Shown here in pieces: positions 1-11,020 of a DNA stretch of 64,000 nucleotides (its first letter is position 1; the number at the start of each line of letters is the position of its first letter). The DNA is from Candidatus Methanophagales archaeon (lineage in GTDB: Archaea > Halobacteriota > Syntropharchaeia > Alkanophagales > Methanospirareceae). The stretch is from positions 444 through 64,443 of the forward strand of contig JAUVZJ010000006.1 of the NCBI GenBank assembly GCA_030602585.1. Direction: 5' to 3'. Under the pieces are notes generated by a model that was given only the letters and a program-made list of their open reading frames with translations, made no database searches and was not told the DNA's origin. Made by a program: the position numbers and the translations under genes.

Positions 1-1
1 A

Positions 2-1021
2 AATATTAAAATTCAGGACAACTATGCCTTCATAGCTGATATAGCTGATAACCCTAAGTCGGAAAACGCCGTAGGTGGAGGAGGAGTAATCGCAGTTGAT
101 ATATCAGATCCTTACAAACCAAAAATTGTAGATATGGCTGAAAAAGGTATGGGTCTGGGCTTATTTATAAAAGATAATTATGCCTATGTAGCTGTTGGTC
201 AAGAAGGACTTGTCATCTATGATATTAAAGACCCAACTTCTATGAGACTTATAGGTACATGTCGTACACCTGGCACTGCCTGGGATGTGTGGGTTTCCGG
301 GGACTACGCCTTTATTGCTGATCTTGAAAAAGGACTAGCAATCGTTGATGTTTCTAATCCAACATTACCTAAACAGATAGCGCAGGCATCATGGGAAGGA
401 ACAATACACATATTTAGCATGGATTTAGAGTCAGAAAAGTACTTGAATAATGGTACCATATCAAAAGAATTATTAAACATATTTGCAAATGATGGTCTTT
501 CACTTATGGAAGATGATACTGTTATGAAAGAGAATGAAGACAGATGGGTAATAATAGAGAATGATGAGAAAAGTTACATCATCCAAAAAGAGGAAGAAAA
601 ACTAAACGTCTACATGGTACAGTCCTGTGCGGAGATAGTTAGAGGAGAAGAGAACTTTGTGTATGTGGCTGCTGGGCCACAGGGCTTGATAGTAATAGAT
701 GTGTCTAACCCCTTTGAGCCAAAGGTGGTATCACAGTTCAAATCTACAAATGATGCATGTGCTGAGGGACTGGCTGTACGGGATAATCTTTTGTATATAG
801 CAAATGGAAACCTCGTAGATCCTACGGACAATGGTCTTCTCATAATAGATGTGTCAGACCCTTCAAGCCCAAAAATAGTTGGAAAAGCCTCCTTCTCTGG
901 ATGGGTTGAAGGAGTAGCACTGCTCGAAGATAGGGCATTTGTTGCAAACACAGGGAAGGGTACCGCACTAATTGATATATCTAACATTAAGAAACCGTTG
1001 TTATTATCAAGAGCACCATAA
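2..1021 (+). CDS. LVIVD-repeat beta-propeller protein, 5' end outside the window, with an inserted ~70-aa module
   Basis: Frame is open from position 2 (NIKIQDNYAFIAD...VIAVDISDPYKPKIVD) into ORF 134..1021; repeated YAYVA..GL.I.DVSNP..P units. Confidence 0.85.
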   Translation, partial: NIKIQDNYAFIADIADNPKSENAVGGGGVIAVDISDPYKPKIVDMAEKGMGLGLFIKDNYAYVAVGQEGLVIYDIKDPTSMRLIGTCRTPGTAWDVWVSGDYAFIADLEKGLAIVDVSNPTLPKQIAQASWEGTIHIFSMDLESEKYLNNGTISKELLNIFANDGLSLMEDDTVMKENEDRWVIIENDEKSYIIQKEEEKLNVYMVQSCAEIVRGEENFVYVAAGPQGLIVIDVSNPFEPKVVSQFKSTNDACAEGLAVRDNLLYIANGNLVDPTDNGLLIIDVSDPSSPKIVGKASFSGWVEGVALLEDRAFVANTGKGTALIDISNIKKPLLLSRAP

Positions 1022-1240
1022 ATTAAGAAAATTAGAGATGGTTGAACACATAACTTTTCTCCGTTTAGGGTGGCGGGTAGGGCGCTGCAGGTTTATCCTT
1101 TTTGTTGCCTTCACAAGGAAGCAGATTAGAGGCGTTTATCCTATTGTCCCGATTTTTTAATTTTGAGGGGTTTGTAGAGTTCCCAATCTGTTTCCAAAAT
1201 GAAAATGTTTTATATTTGACATAAGCAATTTAAAAGCACG

Positions 1241-3250
1241 ATGAACTCAAAAGACCCGCTAACAATTTTAACCACCGTGTTCAATCATAGCTCTTTTCGG
1301 TTCAATCAAAAAGAAATAATAGACAATGTTTTAACCCCGAAGAACACGCTTGCCATTCTACCCACGGGTGCCGGGAAGTCTATCTGTTTCCAAATACCTG
1401 CATTGATATTTGATGGATTGACAGTTGTGGTGAGTCCGTTAATCGCATTGATGAAAGACCAGGTGGACAATCTGAAGAAGAATGGGGTTCTTGAAGCGGC
1501 GTATATTAATTCCATGCTGGATTCCAGTTCAAAAGAACGGATATACGAGCAATTAAAGGAATCGAAATTGAAGATGTTGTATGTCGCTCCCGAAACATTC
1601 GTAGATAACAAATTGATGAGTATATTAAAGTCGTGTAATATCAGCCTGATAGCGATTGACGAGGTGCATTGCATTTCTGTCTGGGGTCATAACTTCAGAC
1701 CCGACTATTTACGACTGCAAGGTGTAATAAAGGCACTAAACAACCCCCCTCCGCCTGTGCTTGGATTGACTGCTACCGCCACTAAAACCGTTGAAGAGGA
1801 TATACAAAAACAATTGGGTATCAACTGTGACGTGTTCAAAGACAGTTTTGACCGTAAGAACCTGTTATTTTCCGTGCTCACCTTGAAAAGCGCCATTAGA
1901 AAAGAAGAGTTACTCAAAACGCTGTTAACACAACTCAAAGGCTCTGCTATCGTTTACGTCAATTTCACAAGAACCGCAGAAGAACTGGCTAAATATCTGG
2001 CTGGGGAGGGGTTGAGCGTATCGCATTATCACGGTCAAATAGCGGATAAAGAAGAAAGGAAGAGGATACAAAATGATTTTATAAGCGGTAAAACGAGAAT
2101 CGTGGTTGCCACCAATGCATTTGGGATGGGCATTGACAAAGAGGATATAAGGGCGATAATCCATTACAATCTGCCGAAATCTATTGAGAGCTATTATCAG
2201 GAGGTTGGGCGTGCGGGAAGGGATGGAAAGATAGCGAATTGCATCTTGCTTTATTCTAAAGGGGATGAGAGAAAACTAAAAGGATTGATAAAACGAAATA
2301 CGCCATCAGCAAAGCAAATTAAAGCAGTGCTTGACCTGTTGACAGAAGGGGTAGGTAAATTGAGTTATGTGAACGTGAAGAGGGTAGCAAACGATTTGGA
2401 GCTGAATGAAGTTCCCATCAGATTGATTTTGCATCATCTTGAGAGGCTGGTAGCGATAAAAACGTATTTCAGGATTTACAGACGTGCGGTGGTGAGAATG
2501 CAGAATGCAGACGTTAAGCCACTAAAATTTTATCAGCAAGAGGCGGAAGAGATAATCAGGAATGCGTATTTCAAGAGGTATTTGAATAGTTGGTTGGATT
2601 TGGAAGTGTTGAGCAGTTCGGTTAAAATATCCATTCTGGGGATAAACAATGTGTTGCGGGAGTTGAAAATTGCAGGGATAATAGAACTTGAAGAACGTGA
2701 TTTTTGCACGCCTATCAAAGTCAATCCAGGTATAAAAGACGTTGATATGAATGAGCTTCTTGAGATTTTCCGGCGCCTGGAAGAGAGCAATCTAAGAAAG
2801 GTCGAGAACGTGGTGGAATATGTGGAGAGTGAGGAGTGCAAGAGGAAGTTCATTTTGAATTATTTCGGTGAAGAGTATGGTGGGGAGTGCAATGCGTGCA
2901 GTGTTTGCAATCCGTTTTTGCGTCACATAGGAGAGGATGTTGAAGCGGAAGGAATACCAGTCACCGATGAGGGAGGGAAAGAAATAGATTCGCGGTTGCC
3001 GGTGAAAAGAGAGGAGGTAATTGGCGAATTCGTAAATTTGAGCGTGTTTGAAGCGTTGAAGAAGTGGCGAAAAAATATTGCGGCTGAGAGGAATATCCCG
3101 GCTTATTGCGTTTTTCACAATAGCACGTTAATCGGCATAGCAAATCAATTGCCGAAGACAAAGGAGGAGTTAGAGGGGATTAAAGGAATTGGAGAAAAGA
3201 AGATTGAATCTTATGGTGATGAGATATTAAAGATAGTGAACGGAAATTAA
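1241..3250 (+). CDS. recQ: RecQ family ATP-dependent DNA helicase with Zn-binding region and C-terminal HRDC domain
   Basis: LPTGAGKS, DEVHCISVWGHNFRPDY, LTATA, ATNAFGMGIDK, YYQEVGRAGRDG; C...CNACSVC; HRDC ALKKWR...PAYCVFHNSTL. Confidence 0.93.
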   Translation: MNSKDPLTILTTVFNHSSFRFNQKEIIDNVLTPKNTLAILPTGAGKSICFQIPALIFDGLTVVVSPLIALMKDQVDNLKKNGVLEAAYINSMLDSSSKERIYEQLKESKLKMLYVAPETFVDNKLMSILKSCNISLIAIDEVHCISVWGHNFRPDYLRLQGVIKALNNPPPPVLGLTATATKTVEEDIQKQLGINCDVFKDSFDRKNLLFSVLTLKSAIRKEELLKTLLTQLKGSAIVYVNFTRTAEELAKYLAGEGLSVSHYHGQIADKEERKRIQNDFISGKTRIVVATNAFGMGIDKEDIRAIIHYNLPKSIESYYQEVGRAGRDGKIANCILLYSKGDERKLKGLIKRNTPSAKQIKAVLDLLTEGVGKLSYVNVKRVANDLELNEVPIRLILHHLERLVAIKTYFRIYRRAVVRMQNADVKPLKFYQQEAEEIIRNAYFKRYLNSWLDLEVLSSSVKISILGINNVLRELKIAGIIELEERDFCTPIKVNPGIKDVDMNELLEIFRRLEESNLRKVENVVEYVESEECKRKFILNYFGEEYGGECNACSVCNPFLRHIGEDVEAEGIPVTDEGGKEIDSRLPVKREEVIGEFVNLSVFEALKKWRKNIAAERNIPAYCVFHNSTLIGIANQLPKTKEELEGIKGIGEKKIESYGDEILKIVNGN

Positions 3251-3296
3251 AGACAAAGATAAAATATACCTACCAAATTAGATACAGGATAGAACA

Positions 3297-6200
3297 ATGG
3301 AGAACATTGCCAATGTCATGGATAGGCATTCCCTGATGGAATTCCTGAACCGCTTGAATTATCAAACCGAAGAGGTCATCCTTGACAAAGAAATAGACTT
3401 AGACCTGCCAGAACGAGCTAAGGACATTATTAAATCCATTGCTCTCATAAGCGATTACAAAACTGACGGTACGCAATTCAGGATTTATATTATTGAAGCG
3501 GAACGCTTACGCCGAACTGACATAAGAACTGTTCTGGAACCTTTCTACACCGGACACCCGCAGGTAAATACCCTTTTTGTTTTTACCCCCGAGAAGTATA
3601 ATCCACTTGTTCTCGTAAGTCCTCAACGAGTTCTTTCCCCGGAAGATAGGACAAAGACAAAACTGAAACTCCGTATTCTCCGGATAGATCGGGATAATGT
3701 TTATCATACTGACTTGGAGGTTTTAGAAGCCTTGAAACTCACTCCGGGCGAAGCGGACCCTTCAGAAATCTGGGCAAAACATCGTGACGCCTTCAGCATC
3801 GAGAAGGTAACAGAGGAATTCTTCAAAACCTATAAAGACAAATTTGACCATCTTAAAGAAGCTTTAGAGTTGAATAAGAGAAAAATCATATTTTTTAAAG
3901 ACGAGAAATATCTTGAAACTTTCGCACAACGCATTCTCGGAAGGCTGATTTTTCTTTACTTCCTGCAAAAGAAAGTCTGGCTAAACAAGGATAAGAAGTT
4001 CGTAGGCAATTTGCTGGATAGAGCCGAAGAGGAACATAAGAATTTTTACAAGGAGTTTTTAGAACCGCTATTTTTTGAGGTGTTGAACGAGCAAAGACAT
4101 AACAGCGAGTCGCCTTTTGGAACAATTCCGTATTTAAATGGCGGGCTTTTTGAAAAGGATTATAATTTCGAGGTAAAGTTGCCAAACGGGATATTTAGGG
4201 AGATAATAGATTTCTTTAACCGCTATAACTTTACGGTTCAGGAGAACACGCCGTTAGAGGTGGAAGTGAGCCTTGACCCTGAACTGCTTGGTAAAATGTT
4301 TGAAAATATGCTTGCTGAGAAGGAGAGAGGCGAGAAGGGAACTTTCTACACTCCTCGCCCTATCGTGCATTATATGTGCAGGGAGAGCTTGAAAGAATAT
4401 CTTGCCGCTTTTACAGATATTGCGAGGTATAAAATCCTGACGCTCGTGGAAGATAGTAGCACAGGGGATTTATCTGGTGATGAAGCCGAGAAACTTTGCA
4501 AAGCGCTGGATGAAGTTCGGATTCTCGACCCGGCAGTGGGTTCAGGTGCTTTCCTCGTGGGAATGATGCACGAGATTATCAATCTAAAAACAGTCCTGAC
4601 GGATAAATTAAAGATAGCGGTAACGAATGCAGAGCTTAAAAGAGAGATTATTAAATCCAATCTTTATGGTGTGGATATAGAACCGGAGGCGATTGAGATT
4701 GCCAGACTGCGACTCTGGCTTTCGTTGGTAGTAGATGAAGAACTTGACGACGTGGAGCCATTACCAAACCTTGATTATAAGTTGCTCGTGGGAAACAGCC
4801 TCGTAGAGAGTTGGCGAGGAAAGAAATTACTGGGAAAGGAGGTGTATCAGAAAACCTTCGGAGAAGATGAAACACTGAAATTGATTGAGGAACTCAGGAA
4901 TCTGAAAGAGAAACTTCTGAATGAAACGAACACGGATGAGAAGAAGAAACATCGTGAGCGTTCAGAGGAAATAGAATGGCAGTTAATTGAGAAGGGACTA
5001 AGCGAAGAGGCAGAATGGAAAACAAGGCGGGCACTTGAAATAAGTGGAAAATACAAACAATACGAGCATCCAGAGCGTAAAATGTCGGCAAAAGAGAAAA
5101 AGGAATTGAAGAAATTGAGAGAAGAAGCGGAGAATGCGGGAAGATTTTTGGAAGATATAAAGAAATCAGGCGAAAAAGCATTTTTCCTGCCTCAGATACA
5201 TTTTGCCGAGGTGTTCACCGAAAGAGGAGGTTTTGATATTGCCATTGCCAATCCGCCGTACGTAAGAACGCAGAAACTCTCTAAATTACCATATCGAGAC
5301 GATTTAGAACTTCATTTTGGCTTTATTGATGACTTCTACGTGCATTTCACTTTCCGCGCTTTTGAGCTCGTAAGACCGAAGGGGATCGTAACGTTCATCA
5401 CGTCGGATACCTATCTCACGCTTGCATGGAAAGAGAGGATGAGAGAATTTTTGCAAGATAATCGGATTAGAAGGCTTATACTCACGCCAAAAGCTTTTCG
5501 GGCAACGGTTAATACTGCTATTTACATCACTCAGAAAGAACATCTTGCGGATTATAACTTCACGTTCCTGGATGCAAGAGAGGTTAGTGGCAATGAAGAA
5601 GGGAACTGGGAAGACAAACTCATCGTGTTTGAGGGATTGAAGGAGGTAAAGCAATACGATACGCAGAATCCTGTAAGGATCGGCGATAAGGAATTGGAAG
5701 TATCTTACAGTCGACAGGCAGATGTCGGGCAGTTCCGAGTGCCTGTGGAACTATACAAGAAAGCGATTAAGCGGGTATTTTTCTCGCCAACAGCGAAGAA
5801 CTTGAAGTTGTACGAGAAGTTCATGCCGATAATGAAAGAACTTCATGAGAAGTGGTGGGATAAGATAAAATCAAGCAAGGATATACAGAAGAACAAAAAG
5901 GAAATAGAGAAATATTTGAAGATGTTAAAGCCCGGCGACGTTACTCTTTTGGGATTGATTACAAATGGTGGGGTAGGCTTACAAACATCAGACAATGGAA
6001 GGTTTTTAGCAGTGCTCGAAGGCACGAAAGAGGCGAAAAGGATTGAGGAAAGGCTTGAAGAGTTTGAAAGGAAGTGGGAGAGGAAAGAGCCGAAAATATA
6101 TGAGAAATGTCAGGAATTGTTGGCAACCCATTCCAGAAACGATGCGCTGGATAAACTGAGAAAGGAATTTGAAGAGAAGATGTTAGGGTTTCCAAGAGGG

Positions 6201-7010
6201 TTCATCTACAAGGTGATCAAGAAAGAGGACGTTTTTGATGCGGCTTCTTATCTTGAGGGTCTTGCGCCTGAGATAAGGGATGTTATGCGAAGGGTGATAA
6301 TTTTTGGTGGTATTCCAGAAAAAGAAAGCGATGTGAAAAGTCTGCGGAAGCTACCGAAGTTGCCTGATGATTTGAAAACGTTGGATACGGACTTGAAAAA
6401 GAAGGTGGAGGAAGAGTATGGGAAGCTGAAAGAAAAAGGTAGATGGATAGCTTTTACCAGAGGTGGAGAAGCTGAAAATATATACTTGACCCTTACGGAT
6501 CGATTCATAGATTGGTCACGAGATAGTGTGAAGTGGCTATTCAATAATTCAGGAAAAAAGGGTTCCGGAATGCCGGTCATAAGAAATCCACACTATTATT
6601 TTACTGAAGGCGTAACTTACATAGACGTTGGTGGAGCCGAGATAAAAGCGAGAATTTTGCCTTCTTCAATCTACGACCACACAGCACATTCTTTTTTCCC
6701 TGACGAGAAGGACATCTCACCAAAGTATCTCTTAGGAATACTGAATACTACTTTTGCTTCTTATTTTGCAAATGAATATTTGAATCATACAATGCACTTT
6801 GAACTTAACGATATCCGATTGTTTCCCGTTGCCATTCCAACCGAGAGCCAGCGAAAAGAGATAGAAAGCCTCGTTGACAAAGCGATTGAGATACAAAAGA
6901 AGCGGTATGCCTCTGATAAAGAGGAAGAGAAATCGGAGTTCTGGAAAGAACTTCAGAGGGTGCAGGAACGAATAAATGGGGAGGTGGAGGGGATATATGC
7001 GGGAAGTTGA
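3297..7010 (+). CDS. Large N6-adenine DNA methyltransferase with target-recognition domain (Eco57I/type IIG-like, DrmMI-like)
   Basis: PYLNGGLF, GTFYTP, ILDPAVGSGAFL, YGVDI, IANPPY; TaqI-C-like end YLLGILNT...LFPVAIP. Confidence 0.88.
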   Translation: MENIANVMDRHSLMEFLNRLNYQTEEVILDKEIDLDLPERAKDIIKSIALISDYKTDGTQFRIYIIEAERLRRTDIRTVLEPFYTGHPQVNTLFVFTPEKYNPLVLVSPQRVLSPEDRTKTKLKLRILRIDRDNVYHTDLEVLEALKLTPGEADPSEIWAKHRDAFSIEKVTEEFFKTYKDKFDHLKEALELNKRKIIFFKDEKYLETFAQRILGRLIFLYFLQKKVWLNKDKKFVGNLLDRAEEEHKNFYKEFLEPLFFEVLNEQRHNSESPFGTIPYLNGGLFEKDYNFEVKLPNGIFREIIDFFNRYNFTVQENTPLEVEVSLDPELLGKMFENMLAEKERGEKGTFYTPRPIVHYMCRESLKEYLAAFTDIARYKILTLVEDSSTGDLSGDEAEKLCKALDEVRILDPAVGSGAFLVGMMHEIINLKTVLTDKLKIAVTNAELKREIIKSNLYGVDIEPEAIEIARLRLWLSLVVDEELDDVEPLPNLDYKLLVGNSLVESWRGKKLLGKEVYQKTFGEDETLKLIEELRNLKEKLLNETNTDEKKKHRERSEEIEWQLIEKGLSEEAEWKTRRALEISGKYKQYEHPERKMSAKEKKELKKLREEAENAGRFLEDIKKSGEKAFFLPQIHFAEVFTERGGFDIAIANPPYVRTQKLSKLPYRDDLELHFGFIDDFYVHFTFRAFELVRPKGIVTFITSDTYLTLAWKERMREFLQDNRIRRLILTPKAFRATVNTAIYITQKEHLADYNFTFLDAREVSGNEEGNWEDKLIVFEGLKEVKQYDTQNPVRIGDKELEVSYSRQADVGQFRVPVELYKKAIKRVFFSPTAKNLKLYEKFMPIMKELHEKWWDKIKSSKDIQKNKKEIEKYLKMLKPGDVTLLGLITNGGVGLQTSDNGRFLAVLEGTKEAKRIEERLEEFERKWERKEPKIYEKCQELLATHSRNDALDKLRKEFEEKMLGFPRGFIYKVIKKEDVFDAASYLEGLAPEIRDVMRRVIIFGGIPEKESDVKSLRKLPKLPDDLKTLDTDLKKKVEEEYGKLKEKGRWIAFTRGGEAENIYLTLTDRFIDWSRDSVKWLFNNSGKKGSGMPVIRNPHYYFTEGVTYIDVGGAEIKARILPSSIYDHTAHSFFPDEKDISPKYLLGILNTTFASYFANEYLNHTMHFELNDIRLFPVAIPTESQRKEIESLVDKAIEIQKKRYASDKEEEKSEFWKELQRVQERINGEVEGIYAGS

Positions 7011-7114
7011 GAAGTGTGAGATAAGAAAAATTTGCTGAAAAAAAAATTCGATAAAGGTTGAGTATAGCTTTAGTTGCGAAATATTTATATTGATCTTATA
7101 TATATTCCATTCAC

Positions 7115-9124
7115 ATGGGCAACATGGATATAGGTAGAGCTAAAAGCACAAGTCACTACACGATGACGATATCTAGGACTACGGTAGACAAGCTCGGCAT
7201 CAAGTTGTACGATAAGGCATCTGCAGTAGTTGGAGAACTTATCGCGAACTCTTACGACGCCGACGCAGAGAACGTAACGATTAAGATGCCTCTTAATAGA
7301 TGGTTAGCCACTAAATCAGGTGGTGATGTAGTTGATCAGGGGTTTGAAATCTTAGTAGAGGACGACTGACATGGAATGACCCCCGATGAGATCAATGAGT
7401 TTTATCTTAGGGTTGGAGCTAACGCTAGAGAAGACGACAGGAGAGGGCCTTATTCACGTGATAAAGAACGGGCAAGAATGGGCCGTAAGGGTATTGGAAA
7501 ACTGGCACCATTCGGTATCTGTAAAACTATCGAGGTCCAAACCGCAGGCGAAGAAAATGATGGAGATAACTTCAGGGTTGCACACTTCGTCATGAACTTC
7601 GACGACATTAACCAAGAGACGGATGAACCTTATCACCCAGAAATCGTTTCCGACGACGGCACCTTATCTCAAAAGAGAGGAACGATAATAAAACTTCGGA
7701 ATTTTTATCACAGACGCACCCCTGATGAAGAGACTTTTCACCGTCAGATTGCTAGGTCTTTCGGTACTAAACTGCCGGATTTTAAAATAAAAATTGAAAA
7801 CACAGAAAACGGGAACGTATCTGAGATAGGCGAATTAGATGTCGAGATCGAAGAGGAGACAAAAATAAATGTTGATGATAGGCCCCCCGTGACAATGGAG
7901 GACGGAACAACTTTGCCGGTGAAAGGTTGGGTGGCTTACACGAAGCATCCTTACAAAAACGAAGAAGTTGCAGGTGTCAGAATTTACACTAGAGGGAAGA
8001 TAGGAGCAAGTACTAGGGACTTCGGTCTGAAGGCAGGATTCACAGGTGAGCATACTCTTCGGTCTTATCTTGCTGGCGTTATACATGCAGAGTGGCTGGA
8101 CAAAGACGATGGCGAAGATCTCGTACACACTGGTCGACAGGATATCCTTTGGGCTTCCGAGGAAGGAACTGCGTTTATGAAATGGGGGCAGCAACTACTA
8201 AAAGAGCTGGCAACAAAATCTAGAACCCCTCTGAGAGAAAAAGCGTGGCGTGTGTTCTTAGAGCGGTCTAATTTGGAAGAAGAAGCAAAAGAACGATTTC
8301 ACGACAAAGAGGTTGTGAAGCAAGCTATGGTTGTTGGAAAAGTCATAGGCCAAGTTACCTCTTTAGATGACCTAACAGATGAAAGTTATACACAAAAAAT
8401 CAAAGAGTTAGTCCTGACAATAACGCCTCACAAGATGCTGGTGGACAAATTAAAAGAAGTCGAAGAAAAGGGAGTGGGGACTCCTTTAGGTGTTATCTCT
8501 GCTATCTTCAACGACGCCAAGGTTGCAGAAGCGTCCTCACTTGGTCAAGTCGCCATGGTACGAATTGACATCGTAGACAAACTGGAGCAGCATCTTCAAT
8601 CAGGAGCATCGGTAGATGAAAGTGCACTCCAAAAATTGATAGAGAGTGCATCTTGGCTGGTGGATCCCAGGTGGACTGTCTTACAAGCTAATAAGTCGTT
8701 CGAAACCCTCCGCTCTGCGTTTGAGACTTGGTACCGAGATCAACATGGAACAGAAATAACGACGACAACGTTAAGCGGTTTGCAGAGACCTGACTTTGTG
8801 ATGATGCACGTAGGGCGCGGTGTGGAAATTGTGGAAATTAAGAGGCCAAGACACGCGCTTATAGATGAAGAGTTTGAGAGACTGCGATCGTATATTGGGG
8901 CGTTGGATAGATTTCTGGAAGCAAATCCAAATTTTAAGGAGGATTTTCCAAAAGTACACGCCACATTGATATGTGACAGTTTAAGATTAGGAGCAACCCC
9001 TCAACTGGCCTACGATAAGCTGAAAGATGACAGAAAGTTAAAAAAGAAAACTTGGTGGGAAATCTTGCAAGACACGAAGAAAGTTAACCAAGATTTCCTC
9101 GATGCCCGCAGTCCATCTGAGTGA
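7115..9124 (+). pseudogene. GHKL (MORC/HSP90-like) ATPase fused to a PD-(D/E)xK nuclease, interrupted by an in-frame TGA at 7367-7369
   Basis: ELIANSYDADA; VEDD*HGMT in place of DxGxGM; GRKGIGKLA; C-terminal RPDF...VEIKRP; ORFs 7115..7369 and 7376..9124 share a frame. Confidence 0.85.
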
Positions 9125-9147
9125 TAACTCATTTTAGTCTACCAATT

Positions 9148-9843
9148 TTATTGTTTATCACTTAGCATTTTCAATGGGTATTTGCATAGGCGTACTAAAG
9201 GGCAAACGTCACAAAGAGGTCGTTTCTTACAGACCATTAATGCGAAGTCTAGTAGTGCCTCGTGATAAGTCGCTGCTCGCCCTTTTGGAACGAGTTTCTG
9301 AGAGATCTTTTTGATATCATCGTTATTTACCCCACAGGACTTTGGTAAGTCAAATATTCTAGTTAAAACGCGAACTACGTTGGTGTCGACAATTGGAATA
9401 TCTCGACGAAAGCCAAAACAGAGAATCGCAGAGGCAGTGTAAGACCCCACTCCTGGAAGTTGCATCAGCTCGTCTCGATTATTTGGTACGTTTCCGCCGT
9501 ACTTCTGGCATATTGTCTTCACTGCGCTGACTATCCAAGGCAGCCTCTTTTTCAATCCCATTGGACGGCTGATTTGCTCGAGTTGTGTCAGATCCGCCGA
9601 AGCAAGTTTTTCAGGTGTTGGGAAACGTGTAATGAAAGAAGGATAGAATTTAGCGACCCTGTCGGCGGGAGTGCGTTGGAGGAAGAACTCTGCTACGAGC
9701 ACGCGGTAAGGATTAGGATTCACCCTCCAGGGGAATGTCTTTTTATTACTTCGATGCCAAACGAGCAAAGTCCTCGTGATAGTTTGTTCGCGTGATTTCA
9801 CGATTTCACCTCTTCCGTTACGATAAATGGCCGTACTCCTCAA
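9148..9843 (-). CDS. HhH-GPD DNA glycosylase, probably T:G mismatch-specific (Mig-like)
   Basis: FPWR, VAEFFLQRT, LPGVGSYTA, VDTNVVRV, 4Fe-4S motif C..KRPLC..CPL...C; no MutY NUDIX-like tail; overlaps a C5-MTase gene. Confidence 0.8.
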   Translation of the reverse strand: MRSTAIYRNGRGEIVKSREQTITRTLLVWHRSNKKTFPWRVNPNPYRVLVAEFFLQRTPADRVAKFYPSFITRFPTPEKLASADLTQLEQISRPMGLKKRLPWIVSAVKTICQKYGGNVPNNRDELMQLPGVGSYTASAILCFGFRRDIPIVDTNVVRVLTRIFDLPKSCGVNNDDIKKISQKLVPKGRAATYHEALLDFALMVCKKRPLCDVCPLVRLCKYPLKMLSDKQ

Positions 9844-10924
9844 CGAAGTATCGAACTAAGTTTTGGATGAAGAGCACCGGAACGGCATTTCCAATATACC
9901 GATCGGCCGAGGCAGTTTCGGTAGGGAAAACGAAGTGGTCAGGGAACGTCTGGAAGCGTGCAGCCTCTCTTGGAGTAATGCCTCTGTCCTGTTCAGGGTG
10001 TATGAATCGCCCGCTACTGGGACAAGTACAACGAGACGTTATAGTGGGCGATGGCTGGTTCCACCACATTCTACCGTAAACGTTCTCGGCTCCCCCATTT
10101 CTGAGTTTTCGGTGGCATCTAAGCCAAAGCCGTCGTGAAAGGTCTTTTCGGCTCCCGCCGTCCTTGGGAACGTTTTTAATTATTTCGAGTACTTTTTGAG
10201 TGTGCTTACGAGCTTTGTGATTTGGAATTACGGAATCCCGCTCACCCGGTTCGAGCGGTGGAAGATCAGCTATGGTCTCCCTCACGGTAACACACGGCAG
10301 CTTATCCCCCTCGTCAACGAATTTTGGATCGGAGTGTGTAGGTGGTGGCATTAATAGCTCTTCTTTACCGTTTGTGCCTTCCACGCTGAAAGCTATTACT
10401 CTCTTACGGTGTTGAGGAACTCCGTAGTCAGCAGCGTCGAGAATTTTGCAAACAGACTCGTAGCCCATCTCGTGCATTCGTTTGAGGTATAGGTCCAGGT
10501 ACCTACCACCTTCAAGCGTGGCGATACCAGGAACATTTTCGAATAGCACGACTTTAGGGCGAATCTCACGAACCCGCTTGAGGAACGCCACGATGAGGGC
10601 ATCTTTATCGTCTCCCTTTGGCAGTCCTCGAGTCCGCCGAAGACTGCTGAAACTTTGGCAGGGAGGGCACCCCACGACAAAATCTACATCGTGTTTTTTC
10701 AGTCCGTAGTGTTTTAAGATCTCGCTACCTTTTACGTGCTTTAAGTCACCACAAATTGGTTTTAAGTCCAGATTCTCCGGGTAAATTTTACACGCGGTGG
10801 AGTCGATATCGACAGCACCTACGATCCGACAACCAGCGAGTTCAAGACCCAGAGATGCGCCTCCACATCCGCAAAAGAGGTCGATCACATTGTAACACGG
10901 CGATATTATTTTCGACATTTGCAC
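9818..10924 (-). CDS. dcm: DNA (cytosine-5)-methyltransferase
   Basis: DLFCGCGG, GCPPCQSFS, FENVPG, YGVPQHRKR, REAARFQTFPD, IGNAVP. Confidence 0.95.
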   Translation of the reverse strand: MQMSKIISPCYNVIDLFCGCGGASLGLELAGCRIVGAVDIDSTACKIYPENLDLKPICGDLKHVKGSEILKHYGLKKHDVDFVVGCPPCQSFSSLRRTRGLPKGDDKDALIVAFLKRVREIRPKVVLFENVPGIATLEGGRYLDLYLKRMHEMGYESVCKILDAADYGVPQHRKRVIAFSVEGTNGKEELLMPPPTHSDPKFVDEGDKLPCVTVRETIADLPPLEPGERDSVIPNHKARKHTQKVLEIIKNVPKDGGSRKDLSRRLWLRCHRKLRNGGAENVYGRMWWNQPSPTITSRCTCPSSGRFIHPEQDRGITPREAARFQTFPDHFVFPTETASADRYIGNAVPVLFIQNLVRYFVEEYGHLS

Positions 10925-11020
10925 TATATTACATTTCCCTTCTTTTATTTTCTTTTATTTGTTTTTATATTCATCCCTGTTCTAAAAAATAAATGTTAAT
11001 TGAGTGGATAAGGATGCAAA

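Noticed and set aside
1045-1112. Possible further attC-like sites (here on minus, also ~21090 and ~60790)
   Set aside because: Only partial TAAC/GTTAT ends, with no convincing stem or match to the two accepted copies
7367-7369. Selenocysteine or other recoding of the in-frame TGA
   Set aside because: The position is an invariant Gly, one base from GGA; TGA is an ordinary stop elsewhere in the window
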